This document shows positions 12,445 through 25,193 of a stretch of 64,000 bases of DNA, piece by piece. Made by a program: the position numbers and the translations under genes. The notes beneath the pieces are model-generated. The model made no database searches. It saw nothing but the letters and a program-made list of their open reading frames with translations, and was not told the DNA's origin. The stretch's first letter is position 1; every line of letters starts with the position of its first letter. The DNA is from Octopus sinensis (lineage: Eukaryota): the NCBI RefSeq assembly GCF_006345805.1, contig NC_043024.1, forward strand, positions 8,246,001 through 8,310,000. Reading direction: 5' to 3'.

Positions 12445-12664
12445 GATGATTATCAAGAGTCCTGACAATTGGGGTTGCAGTTAAAAAAGTGATCCTGTAA
12501 AAGACTGCGTGTATAAGGAACGTTAAACGCACCTCATAAAACACGTGTAGCTGAGAAATTTGGAAATGATTATACTAAGTATTAGAATAAAATTCTATGA
12601 TATGGTGTGATGTATTTTAGGATTTGAAGAAATTGCATGGGGGCTTCTATCTCTAAATAACATA
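11396..12664. repeat. Inverted arms (~11396-11504 / 12552-12664) enclosing two later GAT-tailed insertions
   Basis: tagagatagaagtccccatgcaattcatcaaatcctaaaatacatcacac...atttctc is the reverse complement of gagaaattt...gtgtgatgtattttaggatttgaagaaattgcatgggggcttctatctcta. Confidence 0.75.
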
Positions 12665-13177
12665 TCTATATATATAAAACTGTAGTTGTGTGAGTGTCTG
12701 TCCCCTTCGATTTAGATTCCTAACTACTCCCACATTTTGCGGTGCAGTTTAACCAAATTCAGGTATCTTATAGTCGTGATTCATATCGAGCCCGTCTGAG
12801 TATTAGCACGCGTCTACAATGAGTCTACGATTTTAAAAATAATTTAACATCATTTTTTATTCCATTTTAATGCATAATTTTTCGTGTGTCGATGGCGGCG
12901 GAGTTGACGTCCATGGTCACACCTGCACCTGTTTGCTTCTCCCCCTTCTTCCCTCCCTCGTGAAGCTGTGGGGAAGGGAGTGTAAGGAAATCATCGTCGT
13001 AAAGCGTTGTCAAGGAGACCAGCGTTCTTTTAGAACAACGACTTCATGGCTTGAAGACACCAAAACAGAAATGGCTAAGAAAGCCCGAATTGGCATCTAT
13101 AAGGGAAGTCACTCTCTAAAAATGCTTATATAGTTACTTCCCTTACAAACCCGAGCAACGCCGGGCGATACTGCTAG
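12665..13177 (+). mobile_element. Non-autonomous Helitron (same family as 10548)
   Basis: A|TC ... CTAG|T; near-identical to 10548-11059. Confidence 0.85.
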
Positions 13178-13186
13178 TATATATAT

Positions 13187-13576
13187 AAAATTATCAACCA
13201 TCTTACAAACAATAACTCTGAGCACCTTTATAAAAACTCCACCCATCTAACATCCGTGGACATATTTACAAAGTCAGCAAACAGCACAGCTCCCATGACT
13301 TCAGGAAACATTTTTTCACGCTAAGAGTTGCTGAAGCATGGAACAAACTGCCGGCATCAGTTGTTAGTTGTCGGAGCACTGCATCCTTCAAACTTCCATG
13401 CCTCTTGAGATTCGCCAACTCTACACTTGATTTTCTCCCCTCCATACACACACAAGCATGTATCTGACTCATACATTGTTCACTTTCCAGACATTTTTAC
13501 ATTACTGCATATGCTTTATACGCACTTTCTGACAAGTTGTGGTGCACCTGAGCACTGTATACAATAATTTCATTAT
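13187..13576 (+). mobile_element. Second CR1-type LINE 3' fragment (tail also at 8162-8198)
   Basis: IRGHIYKVSKQHSSHDFRKHFFTLRVAEAWNKLPASVVSCRSTASFK; 3' end gcactgtatacaataatttcatt. Confidence 0.75.
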
Positions 13577-13841
13577 CTTATCATATATCTTAGGATTTGA
13601 CAAATTGCATGGAGACTTCTATCTCTACATATATATACATATATATATAATATATATCTTAGGATTTGACGAATTGCATAGGGACTTCTGTAGTGGCTAA
13701 TACCATAGCGGATCTATTTTTAGCACTAGAGTCAACCATATAGTGGTCATTCTTTTATATTTGTGTATAAATTTTTTATTGTATCCCTGGTTTTTATGCG
13801 CTAAGCCACTTGGTGTTAAATTGATGGTATTATTAAATTAA

Positions 13842-13874
13842 TTTAACGTTTCGAGCGGAGCTCTTCGTCGGAAA
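13842..13874 (-). ncRNA. Minimal hammerhead-like motif (CCGACGA+A)
   Basis: Minus strand: ttt-CCGACGA-A-gagc tcc gctc-GAAA-cg-TT-aaa. Same scaffold as the 2176 family but in a different carrier sequence. Confidence 0.45.
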
Positions 13875-14077
13875 CATAGGAGAAGGAAAGATCCCGAGAA
13901 GGGAAGACAGAAGAAAAAAAATCGCTGGCGGTACTCACAAAGTCACATATTGAAAGACTAGGATTTGATGAATTGCATGGGGACTTCTATCTCTACATAT
14001 ATATATATATATATAAAGGAAAAAAGATGGATGGTTGTAAAAATATACATTTATTTATATATCACATATTATTACTT

Positions 14078-14121
14078 CATATTAGCACTTTCAACTACTC
14101 CTGTAGTTTCATCAGAAATTT
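14078..14121 (-). ncRNA. Hammerhead core with perfect stem II and degenerate stem I
   Basis: Minus strand: CTGATGA-aactac agga gtagtt-GAAA-gtgc-TA. Stem II is 6 bp; stem I pairs poorly. Confidence 0.5.
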
Positions 14122-14655
14122 CCTTCATATATATTAAATCTGTACATCACCCCCCAATACTTCTAACTTATATATATATATATTTATAAATATAGAGTGA
14201 TATATATATATATACTCTTTTACTCTTTTACTTGTTTGAGTCATTTGACTGCGGCCATGCCGGAGCACCACCTTTAGTCGAGCAAATCGACCCCGGGACT
14301 TATTCTTTGTAAGCCCAGCACTTATTCTATCGGTCTATTTTGTCGAACCGCTAAGTGACGGGGACATAAACACACCAGCATCGGTTGTCAAGCAATGCTA
14401 GGGGGACAAACACCAGACACCAAACATATACACACACACTTATATATATATACATATATACGACAGGCTTCTTTCAGTTTCCGTCTACCAAATCCACTCA
14501 CAAGGCATTGGTCGGCCCGGGCTATAGCAGAAGACACTAGCCCAAGGTGCCACGCAGGACTGAACCCGGAACCATGTGGTTGGTTAGCAAGCTACTTACC
14601 ACACAGCCACTCCTGTATCTGTATATATATATATATTATATATATATATATATAT

Positions 14656-14745
<90 letters not shown>

Positions 14746-14756
14746 TATAATATATG

Positions 14757-14819
<63 letters not shown>

Positions 14820-14934
14820 ATATATAATATGCATATATATAATATAATATAAGTATATATATATATATATATATGCATATATATATATATAGGATATGAT
14901 ATATATATATATATTATATATATATTATATATGC

Positions 14935-15013
<79 letters not shown>

Positions 15014-15050
15014 TATATATGCATATATATGCATATATATACATATATAG

Positions 15051-15081
<31 letters not shown>

Positions 15082-15109
15082 TATATATACATATAATCAT
15101 ATATATATA

Positions 15110-15151
<42 letters not shown>

Positions 15152-15820
15152 ATTTGACGATTTGCATGGGGACTTCTATCTTTAAGTCCCATATTTCCTT
15201 ATCGAGAATAATTCATTTTATTTGAATCCCCGTGACGCCGGAATTTTTAATTCCTTAATAAATAAAATAATCTATATGTACGTACGTATGTATGTATGTA
15301 TGTATGTATGTATGTATGTATGTATGTATGTATGTATGTAGGGGAAGCTTGAAATAGTTGGGTCATTTTTTACATTTCAATATGATGTGGACTCTTTGAG
15401 CATGGGAAAGAATTCCTTACCAGCTTGTAACACTCATAGACTTATAACGTATATATATGTCAGGGATATAGTTTCAAATGGGTGTAAACTGAAACGAGAG
15501 TACGCTTTTTAAACGGCAGGGATTTGATCCAACCCACCCAGTGGGTAGTGAGAGCTGGGGCATGTATAGGGGAGAGTTGCGACATAAGGGGACTTGAGAT
15601 AAGTGATATTTTATTTGATTGTACTCTTAGATGAAATATATGTATATTACCAGATGTGGCTGTGTGGTAACAAGCTTGCTTCCCAACCACACTGTTCTGG
15701 GTTCAGTCCCACTGCATGGCACCTTGAGCACCAAAGCCTTATGAATGGATTTCGTAGACAGAAACTGAAAGAAGCCTGTCACATATATATATATATATAT
15801 TATAATATATATATATATTA

Positions 15821-16060
15821 TATTAAATTAGAGATAAAACCACTATTAGGCAAATCATACAATGAAAAACTTAAGCCAATACATAAGATTAATTATTTAT
15901 ATTATTTAAATATATATCAAAATTATTTAAAAATTACTAAAACCTTTTTTTAATAATTTTGATATATATTTAAAATAATATAAATTAATTAATCTTATGT
16001 ATTGGCTTAAGTTTTTCATTGTATGATTTGCCTAATAGTGGTTTTATCTCTAATTTAATA
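15821..16060. repeat. AT-rich fold-back element
   Basis: About 105-bp inverted arms with terminus aattagagataaaaccactatta, shared with 58390-58842. Confidence 0.85.
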
Positions 16061-16142
16061 TATTATAATATTTTACTATAAAATTGGATTCAATCCTAAA
16101 TCTGATTTTTCCCTAGTTTGGATTTATTCCCTAATATTTTAT

Positions 16143-16194
<52 letters not shown>

Positions 16195-16222
16195 CATAAT
16201 ATATATGTATATGTATATATAT

Positions 16223-16264
<42 letters not shown>

Positions 16265-16289
16265 ATAATATTATATATGTTATATATAT

Positions 16290-16321
<32 letters not shown>

Positions 16322-16804
16322 CGTTTGTGTGTCTGTGTTTGTCCCCCCACCACCATTGTTTGACAACCGATGTTGGTGTGTTTACATCCCCATAACTTAG
16401 TGGTTCAAAAAAAAGAGACCAATAGAGACTAGGTTTACAAAGAATAAGTCCTGGGGTCTTTGTTCAACTAAAGGTGGTGCTCCAGCATGACCGCAGTCAA
16501 ATGACAGAAACCAATGGGAGAATAAAAGAATACAGACATATATACATACATACATATATATCTCTTTCTTTATTGCCTACAGGGGGCTAAACATAGAGGG
16601 GACAAACAAGGACAAGCAAAGGGTTTCAGTCTATTACATAGACCCCGGTGAATAACTGGTACTTATTTAATCGACCCTGAAAGGATGAAAGGCAAAGTCG
16701 ACCTCGAGGGAGCTTGAACTGAGAACATAGCACTAGATGAAATACCGCCAAGCATTTCGCCCAGGGTGCGAACAATTCTACCAGCTCGCCTTATATATAT
16801 ATTA

Positions 16805-17542
16805 CTAGCGGTATCGCCCGGTGTTACTCGGATTTGTAAGGGAAATAACTATATAAGCATTTTTAGAGAGTTCAAATCGAACCAAACCAAAATAGATGAA
16901 CATCAATGGAATTTGTATCCCTGTGGCACATAAGAAAACCATCCGAACGTGACCGTAGCCAGTACCGCAACGACTGGCCTCCGTGCTGAGGGCACGTAAC
17001 AAACACCGTCCGAGCGTGGCCGTCTGCCAGCCTCATCTGGCACCTGTGTCGGTGGCACATAAAATCACCCACTACACTCTCGGAGTGGTTGGCGTTAGGA
17101 AGGGCATCCAGCTGTAGAAACACTGCCAGATCTGACTGGCCTGGTGCAGCCTTCGGGCTTGCCAGACCCCAGTTGAACCGTCCAACCCATGCTAGCATGA
17201 TGATGATGATGATAGCCAAAAAATAGCAAAAAAATGCATTAAAAATGGAAAAGAAATGATGGTAAATTTTTTTTTTAATTGTTGACTCATCGTAGACATT
17301 TTTAGAGAGTTACTTCCCTTATATAATAGCGAAAAATATGCATTAAAATGGAAAAAAATTATGGTAAATTTTTTTTTAAATTGTAGACTCATCGTAGACA
17401 CGCGCTTATACCCAGAAGGACTCGATATGAATCACGACTATAAGATACCCAGTTTTGGTTAAACTGCACCACAAAATGTGGGAGTAGTTAGGAATCTAAA
17501 TCGTAGGAGACAGACACACAACTTGACTTTTATATATAAAGA
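16805..17542 (-). mobile_element. Non-autonomous Helitron interrupted by a GAT-tailed element (16873-17211)
   Basis: Both Helitron termini are present on the - strand. The insertion splits agagagtt|atagccaaa. Confidence 0.8.
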
Positions 17543-17696
17543 TTAGAGGGAAGACACCATGTGGACACCCATATGCTAGAAATAGATCCGCTACGGTTTC
17601 ACCACCAAGAAATGTTCTCAAGAAAAATTTAGCAAAAGAACCAAAACTTAATCGAGCAAGACAAATATGGGTGTCCACATAGTGGCTTCCCTCTAA
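17543..17696. repeat. Short element with 32-bp inverted termini
   Basis: ttagagggaagacaccatgtggacacccatat / atatgggtgtccacatagtggcttccctctaa. Confidence 0.8.
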
Positions 17697-18946
17697 TATA
17701 TATATAATAGTTTTACTGAACCATCATTTTTTTTTATGCTAGACCACTGGTGTGAAATCGATGTTAATTAAATTAATATCTAATTTCTCACCCTTATTTT
17801 AAATTTAAAATTATATATACTCTCTTTTTTACTCTTTTACTTGTTTCAGTCATTTGACTGCGGCCATGCTGGAGCACCGCCTTTTAGTCGAGCAAATCGA
17901 CCCCGGGACTTATTCTTTTGTAAGCCCAGTACTTATTCTTCTATCGGTCCCTTTTGCCGAACCGCTAAGTGACGGGGACGTAAACACACCAGCATCGGTT
18001 GTCAAGCAAGTGTGAACACAACACAGACACACAATCACACACACACTCATATATATGTATATTAACACGACAGGCTTCTTTCAGTTTCCGTCTACCAAAT
18101 CCACTCACAAGGCATTGGTCGGCCCGGGGCTATAGACAGAAGACACTTGCCCAAGATGCCACGCAGTGGGACTGAACCTGGAACCATGTGGTTGGTTAGC
18201 AAGCTACTTACCATACAGCCACTCCTGCGCCTATATATATATATCAATGTCATCATCATCATCATCATCGTTGTTGTTTAATGTTCGTTTTCCAAGCTGG
18301 CATGGATTGGATGGTTTGACTGAGGACCGGTGAGCCAGAAAGCTGCACCAGGCTCAATCTGATCTGACAAAGTTCCTACAGCTGGATGCCCTTCCTAACA
18401 CCAAGGATGCCCTTCCTATATATATATATTAAATGGCGGTGCCCCAGCATGGCCACAGCTCATTAGCTGAAACTGGAAAAATCAAAATCAAAATCAAAAT
18501 CATATATATATATATATAACGGGATGCTTTATGAAAATAAACAAAAGACGAAGGCAGGTGGAATACAAACAAACAATTGTATTAGTATGGCACTCAGGAA
18601 TATAAATAAAACAAGTCTTTTACGTTTCGAGCCTATGCTCTTCGACGGAAAGATACACAGAAAAGAAACACAGAAAGAAACAAGGAGAGAAAAAAAATGC
18701 GTGCAGAGGTTAGCGAATCAACATGGCAAGATATATATATATATATATAAGAGTAGTTGAATGAATTATCTTATTATGGATAATTCGGTTAACCGATACC
18801 TGGGTAGCAAATTCACGTCAGAAAAACACAGTTGAAGCTACATGCCAAGGGCAGAGATCACGTGCTTTCGTGTGGAAATTTGTGTTTTTTTAAATACAAA
18901 TAAATGAAAGAGTGGAGTTGAACGACGAATTAACAAAATTCCTTTA

Positions 18947-19029
18947 TTCTCGACATATGTTTCGATGGCTGCATATTCCTAATTTCGATGGAATAAGGGG
19001 TGCATTATGCCGCCTTCTCATCAGGAAAA
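18947..19029 (-). ncRNA. Type I hammerhead ribozyme motif, same family as 59032 (duplicate at 25111-25193)
   Basis: Minus strand: ttttc-CTGATGA-gaaggcggc...gcagccatc-GAAA-catatg-TC-gagaa. Confidence 0.78.
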
Positions 19030-19493
19030 ACAAGGAACTTATGTCAGCATCAAGATGCACAAAACTTTTAGATGACTGCCCACACGGAGCCCATAAAAAA
19101 AAAAATATATATATATATATTAATAAATAAAATAGAACATATGCATATATATAAACATATATGTACGTACCTACCTCTACATGTACATATACACGCATAT
19201 ATGTGTACAGGACACCAAAAAGACGTCGAACACAATGAGAAACGAAAACATAGACACAAACCAAAGGAACTGGACAAAAATATAGAGTACAGGACAATTA
19301 ACACAAAGAAAAAACCCCTTCTTCAGTCGCTATGGTTTCATCTACTCTACATTTCGAAGGTGAAAGCGAGATGTATCTTCGACAAGAAACTTTCCTTCCT
19401 GCGAAAAGCAAATCAATTAAAATTCTGAGATCTTTTCGCAGAGGGGTAAAAAATGGTAACAAAAACAGGACAGTAACGACAGTACAAATTATC

Positions 19494-19545
<52 letters not shown>

Positions 19546-19551
19546 GATAGA

Positions 19552-19650
19552 TATTTATATTAAGGGCATTACTACACATTATGGTAGTTTTGACTTTAAG
19601 AGTCCCTCATGGCGTGAGGCATTTATGTATAGTAATGCCCTTAATATAAA
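19552..19650. repeat. Short element with ~24-bp inverted termini (duplicate ~25713-25812)
   Basis: atttatattaagggcattacta / tagtaatgcccttaatataaat. Confidence 0.75.
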
Positions 19651-20986
19651 TAAATATATATTTTTTTCCCTTATGAGGTTTTTCACACTGACTACTTGAT
19701 AAATTCTTACAAAGATTTTATCCTATTTTTAATTTATGTAGATAGATAGATAGGTAAACAAATAGTTAGCTAGATATAGATATAGATACAGATGTGCCGA
19801 GTAAAAAGCATCCAGTTCACACTGTAAAGAAGCTGGAGTTTGGAAGGGCATCCAGCTGTAAAAGTATTATGTGAGAGTACGATACCCCCTGGCGAGAATG
19901 GACTGGACCACTATATATGAATAGTAGCAGTCTGAATAAGTAAAGAAGTTTGTGTTAGTTCCACAGTTCGTGTGTTGATACTCTTTTACTTGTTTCAGTC
20001 ATTTGACTGCGGCCATGCTGGAGCACTGCCTTTAGTCGAGCAACTCGACTTATTCTTTTTTTGTAAGCCCAGTACTTATTCTATCGGTCTCTTTTTGCCG
20101 AACCGCTAAGTGATGGGGACGTAAACACACCAGCATCGGTTGTCAAGCAATGCTAGGGGGACAAACACAGACACACAAACAAACACACATACATATATAT
20201 ATATATATACGACAAGCTTCTTTCAGTTTCCGTCTACCAAATCCACTCACAAGGCCTTGGTCGACCCGGGGCTATAGCAGAAGACACTTGCCCAAGATGC
20301 CACACAGTGGGACTGAACCCGAACCATGTGGTTGGTTAGCAAGCTAGCTTTACCACACAGCCACTCCTGATAGTTCAAAGTCGGAGTTCAAAGTTCACAG
20401 TTTGAGTTGTGTGTTTGGATTGTTGGTTCTTAAGAGATTGTTGTTACGTTTGTTTGGTTACTTCTGTTTGTTTCGATTATATTTTTATTACAATATAATA
20501 TGGATATTATATGGAGGCCAGTCAAGGTGGCGCTGGCAACGGCCACGTTCAGATGGTTCTCTTATGTGCCACCGGCACTGGTATCACAGCTACAATTTCC
20601 ATTGATGTTGATCAAAATCGAAATCGATCGACATCAATGGAAATTGTAGCTGTGATACCAGTGCTGGTGGCACATAAGAGAACCATCCAAACGTGGCCGT
20701 TGCCAGCGCCACCCCGACTGGTCTCTGTAAAAAGCACCATCCGATCGTGACCGATTGCCAGTCTTGTCTGGCCTCCGTGCCGGTGGCACGTAAAAAGCAC
20801 CGACTACACTCACGGAGTGGTTGGCGTTAGGAAGGGCATCCAGCCGTAGAAACATTGCCAGATCAGACTGGGCCTGGTGCAGCCTTCTGGCTTCCCAGAC
20901 CCCAGTTGAACAGTCCAACCCATGCTAGCATGGAGAGCGGACGCTAAACGATGATGATGTGATGATGATGATGATGAATAAGGATA

Positions 20987-21373
20987 TCTCTCTCTATATA
21001 AACGGCAGTTTGTCTGTGCTGGTTTCTTGTGTGGTCTGTTTGCTTGTACCCTCACCCTGACCACGGCTTTCACCGATTCTGATGAAACTTGACACACACA
21101 TAGCCCAATGTCATAATTCAAAACTACGCAGCGAAAATTTTGAAAAGTTCCCCCAGTTCTGAAAAAAATCGATAAATTCGACATGGGGTCGAGAATCAGG
21201 AATACGGACCACAAACTGTCTAGGGGACGCAACTCTACCTTTTTAAATCTCAAAAAAAATTTACCATCATTTTTTTTTCCATTTTTTTTGCTATTTTTTT
21301 TTGGCTATACTCTCTAAAAATGCTTTATAGTATTTCCCTTACAAACCTGAGCAACGCCGGGCGATACTGCTAG
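20987..21373 (+). mobile_element. Non-autonomous Helitron with a different 5' body (duplicate 27149-27532)
   Basis: A|TC start and the same 3' hairpin and CTAG|T as the 10548 family. The 5' part starts tctctctctatataaacggcag. Confidence 0.8.
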
Positions 21374-21465
21374 TATATAATAAGGATATAACAAAAAGCC
21401 ATACCAAAGCAGACCTTGCTGCTGCTAGTGCTGCGTAAAAAGTAACCCGGTATTCTCTGTAAAGC

Positions 21466-22300
21466 GGTTGGCATTAGGAAGGGCATCCAGCCATAGAAAC
21501 CATGCCAAAACAGACATCACTGGTGCTGGTGCATGTAATAACATCACTCACTCTACTCTGTGAGGTGGTTGGCATTAGGAAGGGCATCCAGCCATAGAAA
21601 CCATGCCAAAACAGACATCACTGGTGCTGGTGCCATGTATAACATCACTCACTCTACTCTGTGAGGTGGTTGGCATTAGGAAGGGCATCCAGCCATAGAA
21701 ACCATGCCAAAACAGACATCACTGGTGCTGGTGCCATGTATACATCACTCACTCTACTCTGTGAGGTGGTTGGCATTAGGAAGGGCATCCAGCCATAGAA
21801 ACCATGCCAAAACAGACATCACTGGTGCTGGTGCCATGTATAACATCACTCACTCTACTCTGTGAGGTGGTTGGCATTAGGAAGGGCATCCAGCCATAGA
21901 AACCATGCCAAAACAGACATCACTGGTGCTGGTGCCATGTATAACATCACTCACTCTACTCTGTGAGGTGGTTGGCATTAGGAAGGGCATCCAGCCATAG
22001 AAACCATGCCAAAACAGACATCACTGGTGCTGGTGCCATGTATAACATCACTCACTCTACTCTGTGAGGTGGTTGGCATTAGGAAGGGCATCCAGCCATA
22101 GAAACCATGCCAAAACAGACATCACTGGTGCTGGTGCCATGTATAACATCACTCACTCTACTCTGTGAGGTGGTTGGCATTAGGAAGGGCATCCAGCCAT
22201 AGAAACCATGCCAAAACAGACATCACTGGTGCTGGTGCCATGTATAACATCACTCACTCTACTCTGTGAGGTGGTTGGCATTAGGAAGGGCATCCAGCCA
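21466..22300 (+). repeat. 101-bp tandem array inside a diverged family-A-like element (duplicate 27625-28358)
   Basis: Unit starts at 21564, 21665, 21765, 21866, 21967, 22068, 22169 and 22270; 8 full units versus 7 in the duplicate. Confidence 0.92.
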
Positions 22301-22467
22301 TAAAAAACCATGCGGACACAGACAGTGAAGCCTGGTAGTCTTCTGCCTAATCAGCTCTTGTTAAACCATCCAACCTATACCAGCAGGGAAAACATATGTT
22401 AAATGGTGATGATCATAGGCTTCCACACAGTTTCCATCTATCACAGCGTGGGCTGCGGGGTGGTCTA

Positions 22468-22930
22468 TGACGATTTCATCTCAATCGAAGGAGAGGGGCT
22501 TTCTCCGTCCGGGTTGCGGGTCCGTGGAATAAGCTGCCGGACGAGATAGTGAAGATGTCGACGACCGCTCGGTTCAAAGTCTCCCTTGACCAGAAATGGC
22601 CTGAACTCTTTGTATGAACACCCTCCCTGTACATAACTCCCTGTCCCCCTACATGGCCTTGCTTTTTGCTTTTTGAACCATGACTGCTCGGTTCAAAGTC
22701 TCTCTTGACCAGAAATGGCCTGAACTCTTTGTATGAACACCCTCCCTGTACATAACTCCCTGTCCCCCTACATGGGATTGCTTTTTGCTTTTTGAACCAT
22801 GACTGCTCGGTTCAAAGTCTCTCTTGACCAGAAATGGCCTGAACTCTTTGTATGAACCCTCCCTGTACATAACTCCCTGTCCCCCTACATGGCCTTGCTT
22901 TTTGCTTTTTGAGCCAATAAAATTGAATTG
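22468..22930 (+). mobile_element. CR1 3' end with a 119-bp tandem triplication (4 units in the duplicate at 28523-29110)
   Basis: Homologous to ~48445-48655; units start at 22567, 22686 and 22805. Confidence 0.8.
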
Positions 22931-23033
22931 AAAAAAAAAAAATATTCACTCACAAGCTATTGGTCTGCCTGGAAGACATTTGCACGAGGTGCAATGAATT
23001 GGGTTTGAATCCATGTGTGCGTGTGTGTGTTGT

Positions 23034-24243
23034 GGAGGCACCTGGCCTAGTGGTTAGAGCAGCAGACTCGCAGTCGAGGGATGACGGGTTCGAATCTCAG
23101 ACCGGGCGATGTGTGTGTTTACGAGCGAAACACCTAAGCTCCACGGGGCTCCGGCAGAAGGTAATGGCAAAACTTCTGCTGACTCTTTCGCCACAACTTT
23201 CTCTCGCTCTTTCCTCCTGTATCTTGCAGCTCACCTGCGATGGACCGGCGTCCTGTCCAGGTGGGGAACCTATACGCCAAGGAAACCAGGAAACAGGCCC
23301 TTATGAGCCAAAATACGAAACCGTTATCATTATTATTGGTGGAGACACATGGCCTAGTGGTTAGAGCAGTGAACTCACAGTTGAGGGATTGCAGGTTCAA
23401 ATCTCAGACTGGGTGATGTGTGTATTTATGAGCGAAAACACCTAAGCTCCACGCGGCTCCGGCAGAAGGTAATGGCGAACTTCTGCTGACTCTTTCGCCA
23501 CAACTTTCTCTCACTCTTTCCTCCTGTATCTTGCAGCTCACCTGCGACGGACCGGCGTCCTGTCCAGGTGGGGAACCTATACGCCAAAGAAACCGGGAAA
23601 CTGGCCCCTTATGGGCCAGGCATGGCTAGAGAAAGAACAAATAACAAATGGCTCAGTGGTTAGAGCAGTGGACTCGCAATCAAGGGATCGCGGGTTCGAA
23701 TCTCAGACCGGGCGATGTGTGTGTTTACGAGCGAAACACCTAAGCTCCACGCGGCTCCGGCAGAAGGTAATGGCAAAACTTCTGCTGACTCTTTTGCCAC
23801 AACTTTCTCTCACTCTTTCCTCCTGCATCTTGCAGCTCACCTGCGACGGACCGGCGTCCTGTCCAGGTGGGGAACCTATACGCCAAAGAAACCGGGAAAC
23901 TGGCCCCTTATGGGCCAGGCATGGCTAGAGAAGGAACAAATAACAAATGGCTCAGTGGTTAGAGTAGTGGACTCGCGGTCGAGGGATCGCGGGTTCGAAT
24001 CTCAGACCGGGCGATGTGTGTGTTTATGAGCGAAAACACCTAAGCTCCACGCGGCTCCGGCAGAAGGTAATGGCAAAACTTCTGCTGACTCTTTTGCCAC
24101 AACTTTCTCTCACTCTTTCCTCCTGCATCTTGCAGCTCACCTGCGATGGACCGGCGTCCTGTCCAGGTGGGGAACCTATACGCCAAGGAAACCGGGAAAC
24201 TGGCCCTTATGAGCCAGGCATGACTTGAGAAGGAACAAACAAC
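23034..24243 (+). mobile_element. Four head-to-tail tRNA-derived SINEs (three in the duplicate at 29209-30114)
   Basis: Units start at 23034, ~23341, 23649 and 23948, each with A-box-like TGGC(C/T)(T/C)AGTGG and B-box-like GGTTC(G/A)AATC. Confidence 0.85.
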
Positions 24244-24643
24244 ATGTGTGTGTGTGTGTGTGCATACACTACATGTATGTCTTTCAAGAGAGAGCAATAA
24301 GAGCAAACAAAATCAAAAATGAATAGAAATAACAAAAATGAAATTGATACCTCCTGAATGTCAATGTCTCCTTGGTCATTGACTCTGCAATGAATTCAAT
24401 GCCTTATCCTCAATTTCAGAAATGCAGTGAACCATAACCAGTCAACCTTCCTGTAACCAATATTGTTATGGTTCACAGATGTGGGGTGCGGCTGTGTGGT
24501 GAAAAATTTACTTCCTAACCACATGGTCCCTGTTTCACTCCCAATTCGTGTCACCTTGGGCAAGTGTCTTCTACTATAGCCTCGGGCCGACCAAAACCTT
24601 GTGAGTGGATTTGGTAGACGGAAAACTGAAAGAAGCCCGTCGT

Positions 24644-24685
<42 letters not shown>

Positions 24686-25110
24686 CGGGATGCTTTATGA
24701 AAATAAACAAAAGACGAAGGCAGGAGGAATACAAACAAACAATTGTATTAGTATGGCGCTCAGGAATATAAATAAAACAAGTCTTTTACGTTTCGAGCCT
24801 ACGCTCTTCAACAGAAAGATACACAGAAAAGAAACACAGAAAGAAACAAGGAGAGAAAAAAAATGCGTGCAGAAGCTAGCGAATCAACATGGTGAGATAT
24901 ATATATATATAAGAGTAGTTGAATGAATTATCTTATTATTGATAATTCGGTTAACCGATACCTGGGTAGCAAATTCACGTCAGAAAAACACAGTTGAAGC
25001 TACATGCCAAGGGCAGAGATCACGTGCTTTCGTGTGGAAATTTGTGTGTTTTTTTAAATACAAATAAATGAAAGAGTGGAGTTGAACGACGAATTAACAA
25101 AATTCCTTTA

Positions 25111-25193
25111 TTCTCGACATATGTTTCGATGGCTGCATATTCCTAATTTCGAAGGAATAAGGGGTGCATTATGCCGCCTTCTCATCAGGAAAA
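25111..25193 (-). ncRNA. Type I hammerhead ribozyme motif (copy in the second unit of the tandem duplication)
   Basis: Same architecture as 18947-19029. Confidence 0.75.

Noticed and set aside
19340-19395. Hammerhead-like TTGTCGAA...GAAAtgTA on the minus strand
   Set aside because: Two core deviations and only 2-3 bp stems; too weak to call.
21079-21085. CTGATGA in the Helitron body (also at 57622 in the MMADHC exon)
   Set aside because: No stem II, GAAA or stem III arrangement follows.
21466-22300. 101-bp array as a CRISPR-like locus
   Set aside because: The units are identical over their whole length with no unique spacers, the context is eukaryotic, and the unit derives from a retroposon.
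23034-23110. tRNA genes at A-box/B-box motifs
   Set aside because: These are SINE heads running into SINE bodies, with no complete cloverleaf evident.
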